From the NCBI GenBank assembly GCA_903920425.1, contig CAIXME010000247.1, forward strand, positions 1-46,124: DNA of 46,124 nt. The letters run 5' to 3'. The stretch comes from an uncultured Pirellula sp. (lineage in GTDB: Bacteria > Planctomycetota > Planctomycetia > Pirellulales > Pirellulaceae). The position numbers were made by a program, and so were the translations under genes. Positions within the stretch are counted from its first letter, which is position 1. Each line of letters begins with the position of its first letter. A model generated the notes under the pieces. The model did no database searches, had not been told where the DNA came from, and worked only from the letters and a program-made list of their open reading frames with translations. Below are positions 37,504 to 46,124 of this stretch, piece after piece.

Positions 37504-40500
37504 ATGTTAAATGCAGTTATAAGATTTGCACTCCAACAACGTTTGCTTGTCATAGCCGTCTCCATTTTCTTGGTTGCGTTCGGCGCTTGGCAAACGATGC
37601 AGATGCCGATCGATGTTTTTCCGGACCTCAATCGTCCGCGAGTCGTCATCATGACAGAAGCGCTCGGGATGGCACCCGAGGAAGTTGAGTCACTGATTAC
37701 GTTTCCTATCGAAACTACGATGAACGGGGCCAACGGTGTCGAAGCAGTGCGGAGTTCGTCGGGTGTTGGAATCTCAGTGGTTTATGTGGAGTTTGCCTAC
37801 GGTACTGATATCTACACCGATCGCCAGATCGTTGCGGAACGAATGCAGATGGTACAGGATCGTTTGCCACAAGGCATCCAGCCACAGCTTGCTCCGATCT
37901 CGTCGATCATGGGCCAAATCTTAATGCTCGGAATGTGGAGTGAAGATGGACAAGTCAAACCGCTCGAACTCCGCACTGCAGCAGACTGGACCGTGCGTCA
38001 AAGGCTTCTGACTATTCCTGGCGTGTCACAAGTTTTCACGATGGGGGGCCAGCGAAAACAGTTTCAAGTGCTGGTTGATCCGGAGGCAATGACACGCTTC
38101 GGCGTAACGCTCGACCAAATCGAGCAAGCCGTTCGTGAAAGCAATGAGAATGGAACGGGTGGTTACCTCGATCGACAGGGACCCAGTGAACTCCTTGTCC
38201 GTTCACTTGGTCGCATCAGTTCGCTCTCTGATTTGGAAAACTTGCCAGTCACGATTCGAAACGGTAGACCAGTTCTCCTGTCCCAAGTTGCGAAAGTGCA
38301 AGAAGGAGCCCAGATTAAGCGAGGTGATAGTTCTTGCTTTGTTCGAAAGTTTGAGAGTTCAGTGTTGAATGATGAGAGTAAAACTTCCAACTCTGAACCC
38401 ACAAGTTCCGGCGCTCGACTTTTCTCCGGTGGTCCGGCCGTTGTTCTGACCGTGAACAAGCAACCTGGTGCGGATACTCGACGCGTGACCGATGACGTGA
38501 TGCGTGCGATTGAAGAGCTGAAGCCATCGCTTCCACCAGGAGTCCGAATTGAAGCAACGTACTCACAGAAGTCGTTTATCGAACGAGCGATCAAGAACGT
38601 CGAAGAGGCTCTTCGCGACGGCGTTATTCTGGTTGTTATCATTCTGTTTCTATTCCTGATGAATATCCGCACTACCTTTATCACGCTCACAGCGATTCCA
38701 CTCTCGCTATTCATGACGGCAATCGTGTTCGCAGTCTTTGGGCTGTCGATCAATACCATGACGCTCGGCGGCATAGCGGTCGCGATGGGGGAACTGGTCG
38801 ATGATGCCATCGTCGACGTCGAAAACATCTTTAGACGCCTCAAGGAGAATCGACTGGCGGGAAATCCAGTCAATTCTTTGGTTGTCGTGTTTCGAGCGAG
38901 CGCCGAGGTGCGACGTTCGATCGTCTTCAGCACGATGATCGTGATCTTAGTATTTTTGCCGTTGTTTGCATTGTCAGGTATGGAGGGCAAGTTGTTTGCA
39001 CCACTCGGAGTTGCTTACATCGTTTCGATTCTGTCGTCGTTGGTTGTGTCGTTAACAGTGACACCCGTGCTCTCTTATTGGTTACTTGGATCAAGCACAA
39101 GCAAGGCTCACGAGTCGGATGGGTTTGTGCTGCGTGGCTTCAAATGGCTCGGCGAGCGAATCATTCGATTCAGTCTTGCTTTCCCCTATCTGAACTTGGG
39201 AGTCACGTTATTGCTCGTCGCGTTAGCTGGCTTATTCTTATCGCGATTAGAACGCGACTTCTTACCACCCTTCAATGAAGGAACGATCCAGCTTAATGTC
39301 GTTCTGCCGCCGGGTACTTCGCTAGCAGCATCGAATGAAATCTCACGCACGGTCGAACAATCGCTCATGGCGATCGAAGACGTGCAGCGATTTGTGCGTC
39401 GAACTGGTCGGGCGGAACTGGACGAACATGCGGAAGGGGTCAACATGAGCGAAATGCTCATTGAGCTTGATCCAAAATCGCCTCGTTCGAGAGAAGAGCA
39501 GCTCAATGAAATTCGTACAGCGATGGAAAATATACCTGGAATTGTAACCGCTGTCGAGCAACCGATCGCGCACTTGATCTCACACATGCTCTCGGGCGTC
39601 AAGGCGCAAGTAGGAATCAAGATCTATGGTGACGATCTAGACTTGCTTCGCCAAAAAGCCGAAGCGGTAAAAGCGAAAATGCAAAACGTACCTGGCGTGA
39701 CCGATCTATTGATTGAACCGCAAGTCATCATTCCACAGCTAAGGATTGAGCTAAACCGTGCGGCCCTCACACAGTACGGAATCAGTGCTGCAAAAGTCAA
39801 TGATTATGTGCAAACAGCTATGAATGGAGCAGTGGTCTCCGAAGTGCTCGACGGGATGCGAACATTTGATTTAGTCGTCCGCATGAAAGACGAGGTTCGC
39901 GAAGATATCGAGGGCCTCAAGCGACTTGCGATCCACCTGCCTGAAGGCGGAACTGTTCCATTGGGAAGTCTTGCCAACATCTACGAATCGGGCGGACCGA
40001 ATACCGTTAATCGCGAAAACGTGCGGCGGCGAGTGGTGATCCAGTGCAACGTCAAGGATCGCGGCGTCGTCGATGTCGTTAAGGATATTCAAACAGCGAT
40101 TCAGCCAGTCGTCGCGACTTTACCTGCGGGATACTATCCGACCTACGAAGGGCAGTTTCAGAGCCAAAAGTCGGCAAGTCAGATGATCGGCATCCTGTTC
40201 GCCGTTGCTCTCATCGGAGTATTCCTGGTTCTCTACACGCTGTTCCGATCAGTCAATCTGGCGCTGCAAGTCATGGCTGCGCTACCGATGGCTTTTATTG
40301 GCTCGGTTGCGGCGCTCGTCTGGACAGGTCAAACGGTCACGATCGCGGCCATGGTTGGATTTATCTCTCTCGCAGGTATTGCGTCGCGTAACGGAGTGCT
40401 GTTGCTGCAACATTACTTACACCTAGTCGAGTTCGAGGGCGAAAGCTTTAGCAAGCCGATGATCGTTCGCGCTGGGCTTGAGCGATTGGCTCCAGTGCTC

Positions 40501-40749
40501 ATGACCGCTTTGACGGCGGGCATTGCTTTGGTGCCACTTGTTCTTGCAGCTGGCGAACCAGGCAAAGAAATTCTCTATCCCGTAGCTACGGTCATTTTGG
40601 GTGGAGTCATTAGTTCAACGATGTTGGATTTCTTCGTTCATCCAGCATTGTTTTGGTTGTTTGGACTGCGATCGGCTGAACAAGTCGTTCGCAGCTCCAA
40701 GCAACGCATTGAGTTGAACGAGGAATCAGAGGCAGCCAAGACGCATTAG
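37504..40749 (+). CDS. Heavy-metal efflux RND permease, CusA/CzcA family (RND3, paralogue of RND1)
   Basis: DVFPDLNRP, GELVDDAIVDVENI, RRTGRAELDEHAEGVN and GEPGKEILYP match RND1. Confidence 0.95.
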   Translation: MLNAVIRFALQQRLLVIAVSIFLVAFGAWQTMQMPIDVFPDLNRPRVVIMTEALGMAPEEVESLITFPIETTMNGANGVEAVRSSSGVGISVVYVEFAYGTDIYTDRQIVAERMQMVQDRLPQGIQPQLAPISSIMGQILMLGMWSEDGQVKPLELRTAADWTVRQRLLTIPGVSQVFTMGGQRKQFQVLVDPEAMTRFGVTLDQIEQAVRESNENGTGGYLDRQGPSELLVRSLGRISSLSDLENLPVTIRNGRPVLLSQVAKVQEGAQIKRGDSSCFVRKFESSVLNDESKTSNSEPTSSGARLFSGGPAVVLTVNKQPGADTRRVTDDVMRAIEELKPSLPPGVRIEATYSQKSFIERAIKNVEEALRDGVILVVIILFLFLMNIRTTFITLTAIPLSLFMTAIVFAVFGLSINTMTLGGIAVAMGELVDDAIVDVENIFRRLKENRLAGNPVNSLVVVFRASAEVRRSIVFSTMIVILVFLPLFALSGMEGKLFAPLGVAYIVSILSSLVVSLTVTPVLSYWLLGSSTSKAHESDGFVLRGFKWLGERIIRFSLAFPYLNLGVTLLLVALAGLFLSRLERDFLPPFNEGTIQLNVVLPPGTSLAASNEISRTVEQSLMAIEDVQRFVRRTGRAELDEHAEGVNMSEMLIELDPKSPRSREEQLNEIRTAMENIPGIVTAVEQPIAHLISHMLSGVKAQVGIKIYGDDLDLLRQKAEAVKAKMQNVPGVTDLLIEPQVIIPQLRIELNRAALTQYGISAAKVNDYVQTAMNGAVVSEVLDGMRTFDLVVRMKDEVREDIEGLKRLAIHLPEGGTVPLGSLANIYESGGPNTVNRENVRRRVVIQCNVKDRGVVDVVKDIQTAIQPVVATLPAGYYPTYEGQFQSQKSASQMIGILFAVALIGVFLVLYTLFRSVNLALQVMAALPMAFIGSVAALVWTGQTVTIAAMVGFISLAGIASRNGVLLLQHYLHLVEFEGESFSKPMIVRAGLERLAPVLMTALTAGIALVPLVLAAGEPGKEILYPVATVILGGVISSTMLDFFVHPALFWLFGLRSAEQVVRSSKQRIELNEESEAAKTH

Positions 40750-40834
40750 CGTCCGTTTGGTTCGAATATTCCTAAAACCGCGTGCTGTCGCACTGCGGCA
40801 GATTCAAATAGTTTCACAAAAAAGGATTGCAGAA

Positions 40835-41542
40835 ATGATAAGGTCTTTTGGCAACTTGGTTGTTGGTTCGCTTGCAGTGATCGCCCTTGGATTCACAACA
40901 TCTACTGTTTCGGCGCAGGTTCAAGCTCAACCTGCTAGCCGAGCACAACAAGTTCAACCTGGACATGAAGGGCATTCTCATGAAGGCCACTCGCACGACG
41001 GCCACGATCACGGCAAGGAAACCATTGCGTTTCAATTGCCACAGTGGAAGACGATGCACTTTGAAGATGCTGCGAAAGCCAAGCAACATGCAGAAATGGT
41101 CAAAAAGCTCGGATGTGAAGTCAAGCAAGGTCAACACTCGGGGCATATTGACTTGACCTATCGTTGCGTCGAATGGAGTTCAATGACGGTCGAATCACAC
41201 GCACTCGCCGAGCAATGGATCGGATGGCTGAAAGGTTCCGGTTTCGATGTATCCCATGCTCACGCAGATCCCATTTACGCCGAGGGAAAAGAGGTAGTCG
41301 AGTTCCGTATGGTGAATTGGAAGTCGATTCACGGTAAAGGGACGGCAGACGAAAAGCAATTCGTCGAGTTGCTTGGTAAGCTGGGTTGCGAAGTTGTCGT
41401 GTCTGAACATTCAGGTCATTCGGACATCAAATTCCGAGCCCCAACATGGCGTGACGTTCATGTCGCTGAACATAAGGCAGCCGATGAACTCGGAGCGTGG
41501 CTCAAGAAGAGCGGTTTCGAAGTCGCACCTCACAAACATTGA
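40835..41542 (+). CDS. Secreted His-rich protein with an internally duplicated ~80-aa domain
   Basis: Signal peptide; GHEGHSHEGHSHDGHDHG; KLGCEV...HSGH-x-D...WLK-x-SGF present twice. Confidence 0.85.
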   Translation: MIRSFGNLVVGSLAVIALGFTTSTVSAQVQAQPASRAQQVQPGHEGHSHEGHSHDGHDHGKETIAFQLPQWKTMHFEDAAKAKQHAEMVKKLGCEVKQGQHSGHIDLTYRCVEWSSMTVESHALAEQWIGWLKGSGFDVSHAHADPIYAEGKEVVEFRMVNWKSIHGKGTADEKQFVELLGKLGCEVVVSEHSGHSDIKFRAPTWRDVHVAEHKAADELGAWLKKSGFEVAPHKH

Positions 41543-41576
41543 TCCCGATTCCCAGATTCAACTGAAAAGATAGGAC

Positions 41577-42113
41577 ATGAAAATGATGAGTAAGCCATTC
41601 GTAAAAATTGTGGTCGTGAGTCTTTCAATGTTAGTGGGTTGCGACAAGGTAGGTTCGCAACCAGAATCATCCAATACTCCAGCATCATCGCTCAGTATGG
41701 ATATGCCTCCGCCAGCAACGGTCGAGATTCACACCCATCCAAGCGAAGGTCCTCATCATGGATCGCTGGTCGAATTGGGAAAGGAAGAGTTTCATGCCGA
41801 GCTTGTGCACGATTCGAAATCAGTCACGATCTATATCTTAGATAGCGATGCGAAAGCTGCCGTCCCGATTGATTCGCCTGAGTTGGTGATCAACATCGTA
41901 CACGATGGTAAGCCAGAACAGTTTAAGCTGACCGCCGTTCCAGACGACGGCGATCCAAGCGGCAGGTCTTCGCGATTCGTTTCCAATGATACAGAGCTAG
42001 CCAGTCATGTTGACGACGAGAAAGCTCTACCGAAACTAAGTGTTTCGATCAACGGCAAACCATATCGCGGTGTCATCAGTCACAATCATTCAGGCCATGA
42101 TCATGCGCATTAA
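41577..42113 (+). CDS. Lipoprotein with a GPHHG motif, homologous to the N-domain of 6072-6986
   Basis: Lipobox LVGC; HPSEGPHHGSLVELG...HAELV; C-terminal HNHSGHDHAH. Confidence 0.85.
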   Translation: MKMMSKPFVKIVVVSLSMLVGCDKVGSQPESSNTPASSLSMDMPPPATVEIHTHPSEGPHHGSLVELGKEEFHAELVHDSKSVTIYILDSDAKAAVPIDSPELVINIVHDGKPEQFKLTAVPDDGDPSGRSSRFVSNDTELASHVDDEKALPKLSVSINGKPYRGVISHNHSGHDHAH

Positions 42114-42126
42114 ATCGCGGGAATTC

Positions 42127-43134
42127 TTACGTGGAACCTGAGATATTGATTCGTCGCGAATTCGGACCGAGCCGAAGAAGGAGTTTTGGAAGACAAAGGT
42201 AGGAGGTATGAGTTGCATTGAACTGTTGATTTCGATCGACATTTCTAACTTCGTCCGTTTGGCGTGGCGACTGATCGAGAACTTGCATTATCTCGATTCG
42301 AATCTGAGGATAAATTGCAAGCAGGTTCGCAATTGTGTCAGATTGCAAACAATTGGATGCTTTCCAAATGCGAGGTGGGTTTTCACCGAATCTATTGGCT
42401 AAAGCATTTGCCTTAGCGTCCCAGGGATAAGGTAACTCGGGCGGAATAGTTCGTTGCCATCTGCACTGGTCAAGGTGCTTCTTGGTTGGTCCGACGAAGT
42501 GATAGATGAAGCTTTGCATCACGGGGTTGTTTGCCCACGCTGGCGTCTGATGCAGGTTGATGTTGAAGTCTGGCGGAAGAAAGCGAATGGAGCGGCGATG
42601 AAAAGTCCACAAGTGATTGACAATCAAGCACTCATCGCAGCCGAGATCGTGCTTGCCACCGGTTGGCAATAGATTGCTGATGATTTCTGCGAACATCAAA
42701 CCGAAGGCATCGGTTCCGTAGAGGTACAAGCCTCCGTTTGGATGCGTCCAGGCTGGCGCTGCCAGGACGTCACAGCGTCGGGCCCATTCTTCATGTGCCA
42801 TCTGATTCCAACTGGCTCGATCGACGCGTCGTTGCGGGCTCTGGCGACCCGAGACCATTGCGAAGTCTGTTGGTTCGACGAGGTCGAACGGCGATGGGCA
42901 GTCACTGCGGATTACCATGTCGTTGTCAAGCTGGAGAACATGACTGGAACCGAAGAGCGATTGCACGTGTTCGCAGACAAACATCTTCTGCCAGAACGGA
43001 TGGCAAGAATGCAATGGGTTGGTGATCCAAAGAACCTGAGCGCCCCATCGCTTGGCAGCGGCTTTGTAGCTGGCTCGAACATTTGGTAGGCTTCGGCGCG
43101 GTGGCAAGTCGAGTACTGCAATCACTCGCTTCAT
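42127..43134 (-). CDS. Putative GT-A fold glycosyltransferase (GT8/GT34-like)
   Basis: VLQLDNDMVI (DxD), PNGGLYLY, DECLIVN, FIYHFVG. Confidence 0.7.
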   Translation of the reverse strand: MKRVIAVLDLPPRRSLPNVRASYKAAAKRWGAQVLWITNPLHSCHPFWQKMFVCEHVQSLFGSSHVLQLDNDMVIRSDCPSPFDLVEPTDFAMVSGRQSPQRRVDRASWNQMAHEEWARRCDVLAAPAWTHPNGGLYLYGTDAFGLMFAEIISNLLPTGGKHDLGCDECLIVNHLWTFHRRSIRFLPPDFNINLHQTPAWANNPVMQSFIYHFVGPTKKHLDQCRWQRTIPPELPYPWDAKANALANRFGENPPRIWKASNCLQSDTIANLLAIYPQIRIEIMQVLDQSPRQTDEVRNVDRNQQFNATHTSYLCLPKLLLRLGPNSRRINISGST

Positions 43135-43943
43135 CGTTTTTGCTCCTTGTTGGTAGGATCCTGGTGATGGAACGGGATCTTACGTGCTGGACATAGACCA
43201 CATTGGGGAATTTCCTGAGTCGCAAAGAACTCCCGGACCTCAGCGTCGGTTGCGCTCGGTGGACAAGCCTTGTAGTTACGAAAGAGCTGCCAAGCTGGGA
43301 TCGCTTCCAGTCGAAGTTTTCGCTCCATATTGGCGAAGTACGCGAGAGCTGGGCATTTCCAAAGGTGGCCTTTGAATAGTTGCGTGCATGATCTTTGGAG
43401 GCAGATTTTCCAAGCTGCTTTGGGGCCGCTGTCGAATGGCATCGGTTTGCCATCGATCATGCGATACTGCTGTCGCCAGCCCTTGTGCGATTCACGGACT
43501 GCAATCTGTAGAGCTGGATACGCAGCTCGCCATTCGTTGAGTCTTTGAAGCACTTCGTTGAATTTCTTTCGATATGCTGGTGCGTTGCCATGTTGCGACA
43601 CATCCATGCGAAAGCCGTTGTCGATGAGCGCTCTCGGCAAATCTGGGTGGCGATCTAAGAAGAAGCCGTTAGTGACAAAGAGCCCAGGCGAGTCCGGAAA
43701 TGCGCGACGAGAAAGCTCGATGATTTGAATCAAATTTGGATTGAGCGTTGGTTCTCCACCGAGGATCGCTATTTGCTTCGGTGCAAGTCGACCTCGCCAC
43801 GCGTCGAAGTTCTCTCTTGCAACTTCCACACTGACGATACCGCCAGCGTGGAAGTTGGAATAATGCGAGCACTGTGCACAATGGAGATTGCACGCATGTG
43901 CTGCATGGAACTCAAGGTTGGCAATCTCGATCATAATGGTCAT
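43131..43943 (-). CDS. Radical SAM protein
   Basis: CNLHCAQC (CxxxCxxC), ILGGEP, VTNG; C-terminal Cys set (C-x4-C...CP...CP...CGLC). ATG 43943 preferred because the GTG at 43976 lies inside a hairpin. Confidence 0.92.
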   Translation of the reverse strand: MTIMIEIANLEFHAAHACNLHCAQCSHYSNFHAGGIVSVEVARENFDAWRGRLAPKQIAILGGEPTLNPNLIQIIELSRRAFPDSPGLFVTNGFFLDRHPDLPRALIDNGFRMDVSQHGNAPAYRKKFNEVLQRLNEWRAAYPALQIAVRESHKGWRQQYRMIDGKPMPFDSGPKAAWKICLQRSCTQLFKGHLWKCPALAYFANMERKLRLEAIPAWQLFRNYKACPPSATDAEVREFFATQEIPQCGLCPARKIPFHHQDPTNKEQKR

Positions 43944-43966
43944 GATTCGTAAAGTGAAAGAAGAAG

Positions 43967-43993
43967 GAGCCGACACGAGTAACGTGTCGGCTC
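43967..43993 (-). terminator. Perfect 11-bp hairpin between the Pro-rich ORF and the radical SAM gene
   Basis: GAGCCGACACG/CGTGTCGGCTC with a 5-nt loop, then CTTCTTCTTTC on the minus strand. Confidence 0.7.
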
Positions 43994-44015
43994 GCGAGAA
44001 TACTAACTGCCCGTG

Positions 44016-44387
44016 TTAAATAACCACGTCCGAATCGTTGCCCGAATCTACGATGTCTTCGGGACGAACTTTTCGACGGGGCCATCCAGGAGGCAGTGGA
44101 ACATTGCGCCCGGGGTGGCCAGGCGGTAGGTTATTCGGATACGAGTAACCAGGCGGCAAATGATAGGGATGATCGGGTGGTAGCCTTGGCCAAGTGTAAA
44201 TCGGCGGAGGATAAAGGACCTCGACCGGAGGTTCGGATACCGGTGGCCAAGCAAGATGGGGAGGCCACCAAACCGGTCGCGGCTCAGGTACATTCGGAAG
44301 CGGCTCTCCAGGTGGATCAAATGGAGGAGGCGGCCACCAGGGTGGTCGTTGTCCGTTGGGGCCGATTGGGCCATTGGGAATGGTCAT
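44016..44387 (-). CDS. Pro/Trp-rich 123-aa protein
   Basis: AAGGAG RBS; 40 Pro and 7 Trp; WWPP x2 and LPP[DG] x4. Confidence 0.7.
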   Translation of the reverse strand: MTIPNGPIGPNGQRPPWWPPPPFDPPGEPLPNVPEPRPVWWPPHLAWPPVSEPPVEVLYPPPIYTWPRLPPDHPYHLPPGYSYPNNLPPGHPGRNVPLPPGWPRRKVRPEDIVDSGNDSDVVI

Positions 44388-44423
44388 CTTTCACACTCCT
44401 TTGAGAAGGGGAATCAAAACAAA

Positions 44424-44650
44424 TCAACGCCACATGACTTTGCGAAGTCCGTGTTTCTTAGTGCCAAGCCTCAAGTACTCCGGGCGATGGCGCACATAAC
44501 CCGGTGGATCAACGTGAACATGTTTGAAGACATGATCAGTAGCGACGCCGACCTTCATGCCAGCTAGCTTGGCTCGCCAGAAGAAGTCCCAGTGCTCTTC
44601 AACCTTGAGCTCTTCATCCCAACGAATCGCTTGCAAGATGTCGCGAGAGT
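44424..44650 (-). pseudogene. C-terminal remnant of a GT2-like glycosyltransferase (5' truncated)
   Basis: RDILQAIRWDEELKVEEHWDFFWRAK...VG resembles a GT2 catalytic-base region; the frame hits a stop at 44745 and no N-terminal domain is present. Confidence 0.55.
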
Positions 44651-44710
44651 TACGGTCAGGATGTTTGATGGTCGGGCCGACAAAGTTCAGTCTCATCCAA
44701 CCACTGGTTT

Positions 44711-44719
44711 TGGTACAAT
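44711..44719 (+). promoter_or_regulatory. Extended -10 element TGgTACAAT
   Basis: 48 nt upstream of the zeta-like ATPase start. Confidence 0.45.
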
Positions 44720-44767
44720 AGGGTCTTGGCTGAAAAACACTTGCTCAATACCGCTCCGTACTAACTC

Positions 44768-45367
44768 ATGGAAGAACCTTCGCAACGGACGATCTATATC
44801 CTTGCTGGGCCAAACGGGGCTGGCAAAACAACTTTTGCAAATTCATTCTTGCCAACGTTCGCGAATTGCCGTGAGTTTCTCAACGCCGATCTGATCGCCG
44901 CGGGGTTGGCTCCGTTTGCTCCAGAGACTCAGGCCTTTCTCGCGTCAGAACTCCTGCTGAAGCGAATCGATGAGTTGGTGGCAACTCGAACGACCTTTTC
45001 ATTTGAAATCACCTTGGCAGCGAGGAGCTACCAAGCTTCAGTCTTGGAATGGCGTCGCTTGGGGTATCGCGTGGTACTGTACTTCATCTGGCTTCCTTCA
45101 CCGGAGTTGGCTATCCAGAGAGTTGCCAAACGCGTGCGCGAAGGTGGCCACAATATCCCTGAAGCTGTTGTACGGCGACGATACGCTCGCGGGCTGGCCA
45201 ATCTCTTTGATTTGTATATTCCGATTGTCACAACCGTCTGCGTCTATGACGGTGCTTCCTTCCCGCCAATTCCAATCGCTGAGATTGAGGGTGAAAGAAA
45301 TCTGGTCCTGGACTACAATGGGTGGGAACGTGTTCAACTGCATCGTAAGGACGCACCCAATGATTAA
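44768..45367 (+). CDS. Zeta-toxin-like / AAA_33 P-loop protein
   Basis: IYILAGPNGAGKTT, FLNADLIA, RVAKRVREGGHNIP. Confidence 0.9.
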   Translation: MEEPSQRTIYILAGPNGAGKTTFANSFLPTFANCREFLNADLIAAGLAPFAPETQAFLASELLLKRIDELVATRTTFSFEITLAARSYQASVLEWRRLGYRVVLYFIWLPSPELAIQRVAKRVREGGHNIPEAVVRRRYARGLANLFDLYIPIVTTVCVYDGASFPPIPIAEIEGERNLVLDYNGWERVQLHRKDAPND

Positions 45368-45569
45368 AAGCAACTGTCCAGACTCGCTGATCGCTAAAGC
45401 GGATATGGCGTTCGAGGCTGCCTGTCGAAAAGTCATTGATCGAGCTCGCCAATCGAATACCGAAATCGTGATCTGGCGAGATGGCGAGATCGTTGAACTA
45501 TCGCCGGACGAAGCGACCGCGGAATTGGAAGCGAACTTAGCCAAACGGGATTCCAATATCCCCAGCTAA
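45360..45569 (+). CDS. Small partner protein of the zeta-like ATPase (possible antitoxin)
   Basis: 69 aa MIKSNCPD...IVIWRDGEIVEL; 8-nt overlap with the upstream gene. Confidence 0.75.
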   Translation: MIKSNCPDSLIAKADMAFEAACRKVIDRARQSNTEIVIWRDGEIVELSPDEATAELEANLAKRDSNIPS

Positions 45570-46011
45570 TCGATCCCGTGTCCCAATATCTAAGCGGCAG
45601 GCGGACTCAAGAGTGCACGTCCATCTGGCGGCGACTCTCTACATATGTCCGTCCTCTGATAGCTCGCTTTGTACGATGAACATAGTCGCCTCCGCGAGTG
45701 TCGCCCTATCTCAACTCAGACGAGTTTATCTCTGTTTGTGTTAACCAATTCAGATTCAGTTCGCAGCAGTTCAATTTTCCACAAACTGGTTTCGATCGAA
45801 AACAAAACGACGGAACAAACGAATCTCCGCTTTACAAGCCGATAGCCACGTTTCGAGCACTATCTACAACTCGCCATGCTCCCGATGACGTTCTTCGCAC
45901 GGGGAGAGAGATGCGTTATGCCTTCGCATGTTCCAAACCATCGCATTGGAGCCAAGCTGGAAGAATCAAAGGGAACAATGGAAACAAATAAACGGAGCTG
46001 AGCAATTCGCC

Positions 46012-46124
46012 TCATCGTCGGTTGTTGCTGGATGATCCCGACGAACGCCCTGAGCTATCCCGAAAGGTCGTTCGAGTTCCACTGCTGGATGCAGATCCAA
46101 TTGAGCGTCCACTTGAGTCACGAA
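46012..46124 (-). CDS. C-terminus of an RDSSGR-repeat protein, runs off the window end; not in the ORF track
   Basis: Manual translation: RDSSGRSIGSASSSGTRTTFRDSSGRSSGSSSNNRR-stop. Confidence 0.65.
   Translation of the reverse strand, partial: RDSSGRSIGSASSSGTRTTFRDSSGRSSGSSSNNRR

Noticed and set aside
38163-38990. Long antisense ORF (275 aa) and similar shadows inside the RND/ATPase genes
   Set aside because: They lie opposite well-supported genes and have no motifs of their own.
45698-45991. 97-aa plus-strand ORF near the right end
   Set aside because: No motif or RBS support.
1-46124. Integrase, transposase, att sites or tRNA defining the island boundaries
   Set aside because: None recognised in the window; horizontal acquisition remains an inference.

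Overview
A ~42-kb heavy-metal resistance island, probably from a planctomycete (inferred from the protein families and heptamer repeats, not shown directly). It is followed by a short unrelated glycosyltransferase/radical-SAM/zeta-toxin-like region at the right end. Recognisable parts are three HME-RND pumps with adaptors (one a double adaptor), one TolC/CzcC, CopZ-CopA, a ZntA/CadA-type ATPase, a Csp-like copper storage protein and an ECF sigma/anti-sigma pair. Reading the intergenic DNA shows four things the ORF track misses. (1) Eight copies of a bipartite motif, nnGAAG-N16-GCATCYwA, all intergenic and all pointing into downstream genes, including the operon of the ECF sigma itself; this is a candidate new copper-responsive ECF regulon. 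(2) Two paralogous signal-peptide-bearing metallothionein-like proteins and an unannotated 57-aa CC-x5-CC-x5-CC peptide lie in that regulon. (3) Four Cys/His-rich leader ORFs sit at the head of the efflux operons; three share a C-terminal R-x6-[CQ]-[VS]-[WL]-[RQ]-[IN] end and are followed by structured spacers. (4) A Pro/Trp-rich peptide, a hairpin, a radical SAM gene and a glycosyltransferase form a separate cassette. No rRNA, tRNA, CRISPR array, transposase or integrase was recognised. All functional calls are by eye; no searches were run.
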